64,000 bases of DNA, from IMG/VR virus record IMGVR_UViG_3300027963_000034, positions 58,552-122,551 of that record; one strand, 5' to 3'. The notes below the pieces were generated by a model. The model made no database searches, was not told the DNA's origin, and saw only the letters and a program-made list of their open reading frames with translations. Shown one piece after another: positions 48,416 to 59,156 of the stretch; the first letter of the stretch is position 1, and the number at the start of each line of letters is the position of its first letter. This DNA comes from a virus (taxonomy: Duplodnaviria; Heunggongvirae; Uroviricota; Caudoviricetes). The position numbers were made by a program, and so were the translations under genes.

Positions 48416-51400
48416 TTAATATGTTCCTCCGTCTATTAATGTTAGTGTAGTTTGGATATAGTTATCCGTTACCACCGCTTGTACTCTTGCAGTAGTATGA
48501 TATAGATTTGTTCCTTCTGCTACATCCGTAGTATCAAATCCTGTTTTATTAGCGTCGTTTAATACAATTTGTGATGAACCACTTACCAATCCTGCAGGCT
48601 TACCACTTATGTTTGTCCAAGTTGCTCCTGCTACTGATGCACTTATTGATGTTGCAATTGAACCACTAAATGAAGTGTATCCAGTTGTTGCAGTTATGTC
48701 CACTTGTGATGAACCACTTATTACACCATTAGTTGCGTTGATTAAACCATTGATTGAACCCGTTACAATTAAATCTCCTGATACATATGTAGAACCCGAT
48801 ACGATTACTCTATCATGTCTTAATTGTAAAGGTGTTTTTGTTGTATTTGAACTATTTGCAATAAGGAAATCCATTCTATTCAATCCCGCTTGTGCGTCAT
48901 GTCCAGTTTGGATTTTATGAACATATTGAGTAAGTCCACTTCCATTATATCCAAATACTAATTGGTCTGCAGTTGCTCCTCCCGTTGTTCCGTTTTCAAT
49001 ACCAACTGCACCCTTCAAATGTATTTTTTGTGAAGGAGTTGATGTGTTAACTGCTAACGATGCAAATGATGCTGATGCAGAACCGGTAATATTTTGTGAT
49101 ACCGATAATGAACCTGTTATTAATTGACTTCCGTTAAATGAGTTTCCGTTTATCGTTGCGTATGAACCAGTCTTACTATTAATATCAGCGATATGACCAT
49201 TAACACTTGCACTAAATATGTTTAAACTTGCAGTTGATTCTTCAATTCTACTTAATCTAGTTAATGTACTTGCAGAGAATGTATTCAATGAAGCAGTTGC
49301 CGTATTGAATGATGCAGTTACACCTGCTAATGTAGTATTTTTAGTATCTAAACTTGCAGTATATAAACTTAATGTACTATTTTTAGTTTCTAAACTTGCA
49401 GTATATAATCCCAATGTACTATTCTTAGTATCTTGAGATGAAGTGTATAAGTTTAAAGATGCGGTACTTTCTTCAATTCTTGTAAATCTAGTTAAAGCAG
49501 ATGCACTAAATGTATTTAAACTTGCAGTTGCAGTATTGAATGATGCGGTTACACCGGCTAATGTGGTATTCTTGCTATCAATACTTGCAGTGTATAAACT
49601 TAATGTACTATTTTTAGTATCTTGTGAAGAAGTATATAAATTTAATGAAGCAGTTGATTCTTCAATTCTACTTAATCTAGTTAATGCTGATGAAGTTACT
49701 GATGCTAATGTTGTAAACTTAGCTTCAAATGAACCTGTCTTAGTATTAATATCCGCAATATGTCCATTAACTGATGCTGAGAATGTATTTAATGATGCAG
49801 TACTTTCTTCAATTCTACTTAATCTATTACCAGTTGTACCACCACCCAATGATTGAGATACTAATGTAATCGTTGCGTTACTTGCACTTATAGAAGTTGC
49901 AAGTGAACTACTAAATGTTGAATATCCGTTTGTTGAATCAATAAATATTTGTGATGAACCACTTACTACACCCATACCACCTGCTACCAATATTTGTGAT
50001 TCCGTTCCTAATTTTCCTGCTTTCCAGTAATCATTAGTTACATCCCAAAGTAAAGAACCTGAAGTAGTTGAACCACCACTTGCATCTCTTACTTGTATAC
50101 CACCATCAGATGTTCCTGCTGCATTTAATACTAATATATTATCTGCAATGTTTACAGTTGTAGAGTCAACAACTGTTTGAGTACCTTGTACAAACAAATT
50201 ACCTTTAATAGTTGTATCACCATTTACTGTTATATTAACTCCACTTGCAGTTATTGCCGCTCTTAATGATGATGTATATGTATTTAAATCTGATATATGC
50301 CCTTTAACCGATGCTGACCAAGTATTTACATCCGCAACATGTCCATTTATAGATGCTGAGAAAATATTTAAACTTGCAGTTGACTCTTGTAATCTACTAA
50401 CCTGAGCTGCCATTGAAGCAGTTAAAGTTTGAAGAGTTAAATTCTTAGCATCTTGTGAAGAAGTATATGCATTTAAACTTGCAGTTGATGCTTGGATATT
50501 ACCAAATTTAGTATCAACTGATGCAGTGTATAATCTTAAAGTTTCTGATTTAGTATTTTCTGATGAACTAAATGCGTTTAAACTCGCAGTTGATTCTTCT
50601 AATCTACTCAATCTTGTATTTTGTCCAGTATTAGTAGTATCGTTTGAAGAAGTATATGCGTTTAAACTTGCAGTTGATTCTTGTATTCTTAAAATCTTAG
50701 CGTCAATACTTGCAGTATAAGTTCCTAATGTACTAAATTTAGTATCAACACTTGCAGTATATAATCTTAAAGTTTCAGATTTAGTATTTTCAGATGCAGA
50801 GAATGCATTTAAACTTGAAGTACTTTCTTCAATTCTACTTAATCTTGTATTTTGTCCAGTATTAGTAGTATCGTTGGAAGAAGTATATAAGTTTAAACTT
50901 GCAGTTGACTCTTGTAATCTACTAACCTGAGCTGCCATTGAAGCAGTTAAAGTTTGTAAAGTAGAGAACTTAGTTTCAAATGAACCAGTCTTTGTATTGA
51001 TATCACTAATATGTCCTAATGTACTTGCAGAGAATGTATTTAAACTTGCAGTAGCAGTATTAAATGATGCAGTTACACTTTGTATTGTCGTAAATTTAGA
51101 ATCTACTGATGCAGTGTATAATCCCAATGTACTATTCTTAGTATCTTGTGATGCCGTATATAAATTTAAACTTGCAGTCGATTCTTGTAATCTTAAATCT
51201 ATAGCTGCCATTGAAGCAGTTAAAGTTTGAAGAGTTGTGAATTTAGCATCAACACTTGCAGTATATAATCCTAATGTGCCATCTTTAGTTAATTGAGATG
51301 CTGTAAATGCGTTCATTGAAGATGTGTAATTTCCAATGATTACATCCTTAGCTTCTTGTGATGCGGTGAATGAATTTACCGATGCAGTTGCTGCACTTAA

Positions 51401-53767
51401 ATGTGCAACCGAACTACCTATCGTTCCACTACCAATAGATGAACTTAATGCGGTAATTGAACCCGAAACCGAACTACTAAATGTTACAAAAGTAGAACCT
51501 GTAAAGTTATTTAAAGATGATGTACTTTCTTCTAATCTACTTAATCTTGCATTTTGTGCAGTTTTAGCAGTTTCGTTTGAAGAAGTATAACTATTTAAAG
51601 AAGTATTTGCGTTACTTGCAGTAAATAAGTTTAAAGATGCCGTACTTTCTTCAATTCTTGTGAAACGATTTGTAAATGTTGTATTTGTTGTCTCTTGTGA
51701 AGATGTGAATGCATTTAATGAAGATGTACTTTCTTGTATTCTAGCTAATCTCGTTTCAAAAGAACCAGTTTTAACATTTATGTCAGAAATATGTCCTAGT
51801 GTACTTGCAGAGAAAGCGTTTAATGATGATGTACTTTCTTCTAATCTACTTAATCTTGCATTTTGTGCAGATTGTGCAGCGTCGTTAGATTGAGTATATG
51901 CATTTATATTATCAATAGAACCACTAATAGAACGAGAGTATGCGTTTAATGATGCAGTAGATTCTTGTAATCTATCCAATCTTAAACCATATGCAGTTAC
52001 AGTTGTTGTATTACTTTGTGTATATGAGTTTAACGAAGTAATTCCGTTACTTGCAGTAAATGAGTTTAATGATGCAGTGCTTTCTTCAATTCTTGTAAAT
52101 CTAACATTTGCAGATGAAGTGTAAGTTTGTAAGTTGTCATTTTTAACATTAAGACTTGCACTTGTAGTTTCTAAATTAGTTAATCTAAGTCCTGCTGATG
52201 CTGTAAATAAATTTAAAGATGATGTACTTTCTTCAATTCTACTTAATCTATTTAATGCCGATGAAGTTACTGATGCTAATGTTGTAAATTTAGCTTCAAA
52301 AGAACCGGTCTTTGTATTAATGTCAGAAATATGTCCGTCAATTGAACCTGTATAAGATGCTAATGTTGTAAATTTAGCGTCAATTGATGAAGTATATGAT
52401 TGTAACGTACTATCTTTAACTAATTGAGATGCACTAAATGTGTTTAATTGAGTTACAGAACTTCCAAGATTACCGCTACCTACCGATGCAGATAATGCGT
52501 ATATTGAAGCAGATACTGAACTACTTAAAGTTGTTAATGATGCTGCTGATGCAGAGTCCGTTGTTGCTACCGAACTACTAAATGTTGTAAATCCAGTTGT
52601 TGATGTAATGGTAATTTGTGAAGAACCACTTACTACATCATCACCACCTACTCTTAATATTTTTAATTCACTACCTAATGCTCCCGCTTTCCAATAATCA
52701 TTTGTAGAGTCCCAAAGTAAAGAACCCGAAACAGTTGCTCCACCGGTTGGGTCTTTAACTAATAAACCACCATTTGCTACCGATGAACCATTTAATTCTA
52801 TAATATTATCACCAATACTTACTGTCGTAGATTGGATTGATGTTGTTGTACCTTTTACAGTTAAGTCACCATTGATTGTTATATTCGTACCACTTGCAGT
52901 AATTGCTGCTAATAAAGATGATGTAAATAAATTTAACGATGATGTACTTTCTTCAATTCTAGTTAATCTTGTTGATGTAGATGCAGTAAATGTATTTAAT
53001 GATGTAATACCATTTGATGCAGTAAAACTATTAACTGATGCAGTTCCTGCTGATAATTGGTCTACTCTACTTGATAATGAACCACCACCTGCTCCACCTA
53101 CCGATGCAGATAAAGCTGATATAGATGCAGATACATTTGATATGTTATCTGTTAATACTCTACCTTTATATTGGTATCCAGAAACATAAACATATTGTGA
53201 TGTAGTCGGTGCTAATGCGGTTGTTGTAAATTGTAAAACACCAGTCTTATAGTCAAATGTATAGTTGTTAGTTGAAACTTGGTCACCTGCTACTACACCC
53301 GCCGAAGTCGATGCACTTGATACAAATACTTTTACACCATAACCTGGAGTTGCATCTTCAGCGTTTGCGTTTGCTAATGATACTGCACCATATTTTGGAG
53401 ATATAAAATTTATTTGTTGGTTACCATCAATTAGCTGACCACCAACACCTGCTAAAGATGCGGATGAATTAGATAATAAAAACCAAACCTCACTTTTAGA
53501 ACCAGTTGCTAAATCCGAACGAGTTAATCCAGCTCTGTAATAATATTGCATTACAGATTGGCCATTCACCGAATATATAGACCCGCTTTGTGCACTACCA
53601 CTAAAAGGTAATCCAGTAGAAGGTATTAAATTTTGGTCAACATATACCTCATTGGCATTTATGTCCAAAGTAGATGTAAATGCTTCCTGAGAGTCAGTAA
53701 AACTATCATGTGTGTATCGTCTACTTTGTAGGAGCCTATTGGATTTGGATAATTTATCTATTGCCAT
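48416..53767 (-). CDS. Very long Ser/Thr-rich coiled-coil fibre protein
   Basis: 1783 aa; globular N-domain (FDYKTGVLQF), ~1100 aa of 7/14-aa modules, two GSLLWD...DYWKAG knuckles, ends IDGGTY. Confidence 0.8.
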   Translation of the reverse strand: MAIDKLSKSNRLLQSRRYTHDSFTDSQEAFTSTLDINANEVYVDQNLIPSTGLPFSGSAQSGSIYSVNGQSVMQYYYRAGLTRSDLATGSKSEVWFLLSNSSASLAGVGGQLIDGNQQINFISPKYGAVSLANANAEDATPGYGVKVFVSSASTSAGVVAGDQVSTNNYTFDYKTGVLQFTTTALAPTTSQYVYVSGYQYKGRVLTDNISNVSASISALSASVGGAGGGSLSSRVDQLSAGTASVNSFTASNGITSLNTFTASTSTRLTRIEESTSSLNLFTSSLLAAITASGTNITINGDLTVKGTTTSIQSTTVSIGDNIIELNGSSVANGGLLVKDPTGGATVSGSLLWDSTNDYWKAGALGSELKILRVGGDDVVSGSSQITITSTTGFTTFSSSVATTDSASAASLTTLSSSVSASIYALSASVGSGNLGSSVTQLNTFSASQLVKDSTLQSYTSSIDAKFTTLASYTGSIDGHISDINTKTGSFEAKFTTLASVTSSALNRLSRIEESTSSLNLFTASAGLRLTNLETTSASLNVKNDNLQTYTSSANVRFTRIEESTASLNSFTASNGITSLNSYTQSNTTTVTAYGLRLDRLQESTASLNAYSRSISGSIDNINAYTQSNDAAQSAQNARLSRLEESTSSLNAFSASTLGHISDINVKTGSFETRLARIQESTSSLNAFTSSQETTNTTFTNRFTRIEESTASLNLFTASNANTSLNSYTSSNETAKTAQNARLSRLEESTSSLNNFTGSTFVTFSSSVSGSITALSSSIGSGTIGSSVAHLSAATASVNSFTASQEAKDVIIGNYTSSMNAFTASQLTKDGTLGLYTASVDAKFTTLQTLTASMAAIDLRLQESTASLNLYTASQDTKNSTLGLYTASVDSKFTTIQSVTASFNTATASLNTFSASTLGHISDINTKTGSFETKFSTLQTLTASMAAQVSRLQESTASLNLYTSSNDTTNTGQNTRLSRIEESTSSLNAFSASENTKSETLRLYTASVDTKFSTLGTYTASIDAKILRIQESTASLNAYTSSNDTTNTGQNTRLSRLEESTASLNAFSSSENTKSETLRLYTASVDTKFGNIQASTASLNAYTSSQDAKNLTLQTLTASMAAQVSRLQESTASLNIFSASINGHVADVNTWSASVKGHISDLNTYTSSLRAAITASGVNITVNGDTTIKGNLFVQGTQTVVDSTTVNIADNILVLNAAGTSDGGIQVRDASGGSTTSGSLLWDVTNDYWKAGKLGTESQILVAGGMGVVSGSSQIFIDSTNGYSTFSSSLATSISASNATITLVSQSLGGGTTGNRLSRIEESTASLNTFSASVNGHIADINTKTGSFEAKFTTLASVTSSALTRLSRIEESTASLNLYTSSQDTKNSTLSLYTASIDSKNTTLAGVTASFNTATASLNTFSASALTRFTRIEESTASLNLYTSSQDTKNSTLGLYTASLETKNSTLSLYTASLDTKNTTLAGVTASFNTATASLNTFSASTLTRLSRIEESTASLNIFSASVNGHIADINSKTGSYATINGNSFNGSQLITGSLSVSQNITGSASASFASLAVNTSTPSQKIHLKGAVGIENGTTGGATADQLVFGYNGSGLTQYVHKIQTGHDAQAGLNRMDFLIANSSNTTKTPLQLRHDRVIVSGSTYVSGDLIVTGSINGLINATNGVISGSSQVDITATTGYTSFSGSIATSISASVAGATWTNISGKPAGLVSGSSQIVLNDANKTGFDTTDVAEGTNLYHTTARVQAVVTDNYIQTTLTLIDGGTY

Positions 53768-53793
53768 TTTATATCTTTGTTATTCTTTAATTA

Positions 53794-56286
53794 TTAACTA
53801 AATGTTGTTGTAATTGATGTAACCGGTGTAGGGTCTCCTTTATATCTTACTATTACATATATCTCATCATATGTTGCGTTTAATGCCATACCATCACCAT
53901 TTCTTAAAGGAATAGTATAAGTTGTACTTGCTAATGAACCACCCGTATTACCATACAATTGGAAGTTAGAACCAAATGGATTTTGTCCGTCTGTGTTTGC
54001 CGTTTTACTTGCAACAAAGTTGGTCAATAAATCCGATGGGTCATATAATCTTGCATTACCTGCTCCGTATACGTTTGTACCAGATGATTCAAATAATATC
54101 AATGCTCCTACTTGGTCATTTGTTGTTGTACCCCAATTCACCAATGTTTTACCCATATTAAGTGTCATTGATGTTTTAGTTCCTGAAGTTGTGAATTTTC
54201 TGATATAATATTTGTAAGTTTTAGAGGTATCAGGGTCACCTAACCAATATCCGTAAGTACCACCCGGTTTTACTAAATATCCTGGCTTAACTTGTAAATC
54301 ATTTCCACTTGTATATGTGTATAATCCAAATACAGTTGATGCTGCAGTACCATTAAATGCTAATACGTTATCTCCTAATTGTATTCTATAACTTTCACCT
54401 AAGAATGATTCAACTAATGCAGTCGAAGCATCTGCTCCTTGTGTTCTTGTAAAGTATGCTAATGAACCACTACTTACAGGTTGTCCAAACTCTCCTGCCG
54501 TATGATAATTAAATGTATTTACTTTTGAAACAGATGAACCATTATTATAGTTTACACCATTCATTGTTGCCGTCCAAGTTGTTGGAGTAAACGATGTTTG
54601 TCCTATGTTTGTAATATTTGAACTACCAAATGTATATAATCCGTTTAATCTAACTACATCTGTTTCAAATGGAATTGTAGAAGTAGTTCTAACTGTTGTA
54701 TTTGTAGTATCAAAAACACCATTTGCAGTTGATATTGTTCCTCCTGAAGTTGCAACTGAGTTTACACCCGATGTTGCAGTTATACCTGTACCACTTAATG
54801 CAATTGAACCAACTGTTCCGTTATAGAACAATGGGTTGAATAAGTTTGTTATTGAAGATGATATTGTATATGTTGAACCACTTAAATAAGGTGCTCCTGA
54901 TAAAGAACGAGAAACTGCCGATACATATGTTAATGTCGTACTACCCGTTGCTGATGTTTGAACAGGAACGTTTGTTGCTATTTGAGTTAATGGTGCGTAA
55001 AATATACCTTCCGTAACTACTATTGGTGTTGTGTATCCAGATGAACCACTTGCAATTGCAATTGATGCGGTTACATCATAGTATCCAGATATATTAATAG
55101 TCGATGTTGAACCTGTTACATATATTTTTTGAGGTAACACCGATGCAAATTTACCATCTTGATATGCTGCGGGAATAACTGCTGAGTTAGCCGTATTTAT
55201 TTTTGCTAAAGTCACACCATTTGTAGTACCTGCTCCTGTTTGAGTTATTAAATTTTGAGATGATGATATTAAAGTATCAGTTTTTGTACTATTATCTTTA
55301 AATCTATGTGTAACAGACCCACTAACTTTAAAATTCGTAGGTGTACCATTACTCAATAAACCCAATCCAAATAATTGTGCATCTGCGGATGAACTTACTA
55401 TTGTACTACCACCTGCAGTTGATGTATAACTAACTTGATAAGTATCTTGTGTATAAATTGGAGTAATTCCAGTAAATATTGTAGAACCTGCAGTTGCAAA
55501 TCCTTTACTATTTAAATAAGTAATTGTTGTATTTGTAGAACTTTGAGGAATATATCCTGTTAATGCGGTTCCAGTTGTTGTATTTGTTGCTGCATCTGTT
55601 ACCGTACTATATGTTTTAGTATTTGGTGATGCATCCGGTGCTGACGATGATAATAAACCTGCTACAAATCTTAAAATTTCAGATACATTTGTTTCTGAAG
55701 TAAAATTATTAAAATAAGAGCCACTCAATCCACTTTGCCATGCATTTGAAGATGGAATACCAACTGTCACATTATCTGGGTCAATTGTACCACTCACTCT
55801 AACACTACCTGTAATTTCTAAAGTATTTTGAGTTCTATATACTGAACCAGTTACTGTTGCTGCAGAACTAGTTGGAGTAAATATACCCGTATTAGCTGCT
55901 ATACTTGCACTTAAACTTGTAACCGATGCTGCTACTGAGCCTGAAAAAGTTCCAATGTTACCTGTTAGGTCGATTGCACTATTTGTATCACTACCTAATA
56001 GGAATAAAGTTTGGCTTCCACTTGCGTAATAAGGAACACCATCTACCATTCCGTTGTATATAGATGCTGAGAATATAGGAGCAACTGAACCAGTTCCTCT
56101 CATAATTCTATTTACTGCTTGTACAGAACCACTCTCTACAACCGCAAAAATAATTGATGAACCATTTTGTGATGATGATAAGAGAGATGAACCTGATGCT
56201 ATAATCAATTCACCTTTTTGAAGAGATGATGTTACTGCTGCTAGGGATTGTAAACTACCCCTTTTGTGTTTAATGATTTGTGCCAT
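53794..56286 (-). CDS. Ser/Thr-rich virion structural protein
   Basis: MAQIIKHKRG..L..GE N-terminus, beta-rich body; lies in the fibre cluster. Confidence 0.65.
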   Translation of the reverse strand: MAQIIKHKRGSLQSLAAVTSSLQKGELIIASGSSLLSSSQNGSSIIFAVVESGSVQAVNRIMRGTGSVAPIFSASIYNGMVDGVPYYASGSQTLFLLGSDTNSAIDLTGNIGTFSGSVAASVTSLSASIAANTGIFTPTSSAATVTGSVYRTQNTLEITGSVRVSGTIDPDNVTVGIPSSNAWQSGLSGSYFNNFTSETNVSEILRFVAGLLSSSAPDASPNTKTYSTVTDAATNTTTGTALTGYIPQSSTNTTITYLNSKGFATAGSTIFTGITPIYTQDTYQVSYTSTAGGSTIVSSSADAQLFGLGLLSNGTPTNFKVSGSVTHRFKDNSTKTDTLISSSQNLITQTGAGTTNGVTLAKINTANSAVIPAAYQDGKFASVLPQKIYVTGSTSTINISGYYDVTASIAIASGSSGYTTPIVVTEGIFYAPLTQIATNVPVQTSATGSTTLTYVSAVSRSLSGAPYLSGSTYTISSSITNLFNPLFYNGTVGSIALSGTGITATSGVNSVATSGGTISTANGVFDTTNTTVRTTSTIPFETDVVRLNGLYTFGSSNITNIGQTSFTPTTWTATMNGVNYNNGSSVSKVNTFNYHTAGEFGQPVSSGSLAYFTRTQGADASTALVESFLGESYRIQLGDNVLAFNGTAASTVFGLYTYTSGNDLQVKPGYLVKPGGTYGYWLGDPDTSKTYKYYIRKFTTSGTKTSMTLNMGKTLVNWGTTTNDQVGALILFESSGTNVYGAGNARLYDPSDLLTNFVASKTANTDGQNPFGSNFQLYGNTGGSLASTTYTIPLRNGDGMALNATYDEIYVIVRYKGDPTPVTSITTTFS

Positions 56287-56329
56287 GTATATTTTTGGTT
56301 ATTCTACTTAAATTTGTGGTTATTTCCCA

Positions 56330-56339
56330 TATAAATATA
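56330..56339 (-). promoter_or_regulatory. Late-promoter-like motif TATATTTATA
   Basis: Upstream of the ATG at 56286. Confidence 0.55.
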
Positions 56340-56389
56340 TAATTTAGGATAAATAAATTCTATATTTTAATATATTTTATTATATCATA

Positions 56390-57232
56390 TTACCATTCAC
56401 CCTGGTCAATAATTTGTGATGATGTTTGTTGTAATTCTACATCTGTTGCAAATCCATTATCCAACGATGATGTGAACGTTTGTAGTGTACTAAATTTCTC
56501 ATTTACACTCGCCGATGTTATTTCTAAGTTATTTAATCTACCAGTTGTTGTAGAACTAATTAAAGTTAAACTTGCACTAACTGATGCACTTAAATTATTA
56601 ATAGATGCAACACTACCACTTAATGTTGTTGCAATTGAAGAACTTATTGAAGATGATATCAATGTTTGTGATGCCGACAACGAAGAACTTATAACTGAAA
56701 CTTCTATATCCGTTGCTATTACCGATAAAGAACTACTTAATGATGAACTTACAGTATTGATAATGGATTGAGAAATTGATGAACTTAATGATGTCAAATT
56801 TAAACTTTGAGTTGCAAATGTATTTGAAACTGATGCACTAAAATCTCCAGTCACATTTGCAATTGAAGAACTTATCAAACTTAAACTTGTACTAACGGAA
56901 CTACTTAAACTATAATTTGAAGAACTTATCGAAGAACTTATTGTTAAGTTAGTAGTTGCAATCGATGCACTTACTGCCGAAACTTCTACATCCGTTGCAA
57001 TTAGTGATAAAGCACCACTTAAAGATGCACTTACGATATCAGTTATAGATGATGATAACGATGTATTTATAGATTGTGATACTGCTATATTAATAGATGC
57101 GGTTAATACTGACCCAGTTAATGCTGCTGCGACAATACTATTTATAGATGCAGTTAACGATGAACCTACTTCTGCCGATGCTTGTAGTGCAGAACCACTC
57201 TCTATTTGTTTTAATCTTATTAAATTTGCCAT
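56390..57232 (-). CDS. Ser-rich coiled-coil virion protein
   Basis: 280 aa; repeated ATDxE; ends IIDQGEW. Confidence 0.65.
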   Translation of the reverse strand: MANLIRLKQIESGSALQASAEVGSSLTASINSIVAAALTGSVLTASINIAVSQSINTSLSSSITDIVSASLSGALSLIATDVEVSAVSASIATTNLTISSSISSSNYSLSSSVSTSLSLISSSIANVTGDFSASVSNTFATQSLNLTSLSSSISQSIINTVSSSLSSSLSVIATDIEVSVISSSLSASQTLISSSISSSIATTLSGSVASINNLSASVSASLTLISSTTTGRLNNLEITSASVNEKFSTLQTFTSSLDNGFATDVELQQTSSQIIDQGEW

Positions 57233-57236
57233 ATCC

Positions 57237-57246
57237 TATAAATATC
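57237..57246 (-). promoter_or_regulatory. Late-promoter-like motif GATATTTATA
   Basis: Only 4 nt separate it from the ATG at 57232. Confidence 0.55.
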
Positions 57247-57247
57247 G

Positions 57248-59155
57248 TTAAGATAGTTTTATATATCCGTAATTAATTGTTTGTGTTGTCCCACTATTAT
57301 TTGTTATACCAAACTTAAATACATTTGAAGTATTTGGTGCGTATGATGCTGGAGAGGATATGAGAGTATTAGTTGTACCTATAATTTGGTCAGGCATTGC
57401 AGTTAAAACTAATGCATTACCCGGTGTGTAATACCAACCATATTGAGAACCAACTACCGGAACATTTGAATTTGATGTTGTTATAGTTGCGTTCCAAGTT
57501 ATAATACCATTTGGAATATTACCATTTACCCACATTGTATAACTATGTCCTTGTTCTACTGTAAAACTTTGTGTAGATGCTCCTGCTGGTACCGACCAAG
57601 CTCCCGTTGTTTTTGATGGGAATGTAGTTGTCAATTGAGATGAACCACTTATTACACCATTGGTTGCTGCTATTGAACCCGTTATACCACCCAATGAAGT
57701 TATTGAACCGGTTGTAATCAAACTACCACTAACTTGTAATGTTGAGAATTGATTTAGTGCTACCGATGGATTAATTTGTTCAATCGTTGCTTTTGTTCCA
57801 ATACCGGCTCTAACCGTTACTGTTCCTACCGCCTCTACAATACGAACTTTTATTGTTTGATTTGTAGTTGGTGTATAAATTAAAGTAGTAGATGTTGCAT
57901 TAAATTCATTTGTATTTCTATTGATATTCTCACCTACACCCGCACCTATACCAGTTGTGGCTAATCTAGTATTTGTTGTTGCATCTACCCAATCATATAT
58001 TATATAACCATTTGCCGTATCACTAAAATTTGAAAAACTTAATTCTGCAAATAATTTATATGTTTTATTTGCAGTTAATGTGAATACACCGGTTGATGTA
58101 TTTAATGATATACCACTACTTACATTTGCGTAGTTAAATATAATATCATTACCACTTCCTGCACCCGTTTGGTCGGATGTTATTCTACCTGCGTTAATAT
58201 AATCTACATTTAATGTTCCAATTGCCGATAAAGAACTTGTCCAAGTATTATAAGATGAAGTAAATGTGTTTAAATTTGTTATTGAGGTAACTAAACTTGC
58301 AGTTGAAACCGAAGCAGTAAAAGTATTCAAATTTGAAATAGATGTTACTAAACTTGCAGTGGAAATACTTGCAGTATAACTATTAAATGATGATGTAGTT
58401 ACTAAATTTGCAGATGAAGATATAATTCCTCTACCTGTTGTTTCATAACTTCCACTAACAAATCCAAAAGATGTAATTTGAGCCGAACCACTAATAGTTC
58501 CGGCCGGTATTGCTGCTGACGAACTTATAAATCCAAATGCAGTTATTTGTGCAGATGAACTCAATAAATTTGAAGGTAATGGTTGAACACTACCACTCAA
58601 TGTATATCTTGTATCGTATGATGATGTTAATTGAGATGAAGAACTTATTGCTCCACTTAATGATGTCAAAAACGAACCCGTTTCACTTTCAGTAATCCAA
58701 CTACCACTTACATTTTCAATTGCGTTTAATCTACTCACCAATGATGATGTAGATTGTGATGCGGTGAATGTATTTAAATTTGAAATAGATGTTACCAAAC
58801 TTGCAGTTGAAATACTTGCAGTAAATGTATTCAAATTACTAATAGAAGTTACAATTGATGCCGTAGTTACACTTGCAGTAAAAGTATTTAAATTTGAAAT
58901 AGATGTTACTAAACTTCCAGTTGAAATACTTGCAGTATAAGAATTGAAAGACGATGTAGATAGTTTTGTATTTAATGAACTACTTAATGTATTAGTCACT
59001 AAATCCGTTGCAAATGTAGTATCTAATGAAGATGTTAATTGGTTTACTGAAATTTTATATGTTGTACTACCCGATATACCAACTACAAAAGTCGTATCTA
59101 ATGATGCCGGACTTAGTGAAGGTAATTCTGATATTCTTTTACTTTGGTTTGCCAT
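57248..59155 (-). CDS. Fibre-like virion protein with possible C1q/BclA-like domain
   Basis: KRISELP N-terminus, TASLVTSISNLNTF repeats, IIFN......I.LN..TGVFTL....Y. Confidence 0.65.
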   Translation of the reverse strand: MANQSKRISELPSLSPASLDTTFVVGISGSTTYKISVNQLTSSLDTTFATDLVTNTLSSSLNTKLSTSSFNSYTASISTGSLVTSISNLNTFTASVTTASIVTSISNLNTFTASISTASLVTSISNLNTFTASQSTSSLVSRLNAIENVSGSWITESETGSFLTSLSGAISSSSQLTSSYDTRYTLSGSVQPLPSNLLSSSAQITAFGFISSSAAIPAGTISGSAQITSFGFVSGSYETTGRGIISSSANLVTTSSFNSYTASISTASLVTSISNLNTFTASVSTASLVTSITNLNTFTSSYNTWTSSLSAIGTLNVDYINAGRITSDQTGAGSGNDIIFNYANVSSGISLNTSTGVFTLTANKTYKLFAELSFSNFSDTANGYIIYDWVDATTNTRLATTGIGAGVGENINRNTNEFNATSTTLIYTPTTNQTIKVRIVEAVGTVTVRAGIGTKATIEQINPSVALNQFSTLQVSGSLITTGSITSLGGITGSIAATNGVISGSSQLTTTFPSKTTGAWSVPAGASTQSFTVEQGHSYTMWVNGNIPNGIITWNATITTSNSNVPVVGSQYGWYYTPGNALVLTAMPDQIIGTTNTLISSPASYAPNTSNVFKFGITNNSGTTQTINYGYIKLS

Positions 59156-59156
59156 T

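Noticed and set aside
41990-53030. Regularly spaced repeats resembling a CRISPR array or DGR template/variable repeats
   Set aside because: The repeats are in-frame coding modules without unique spacers, differences are not adenine-specific, and no cas or reverse transcriptase gene is in the window
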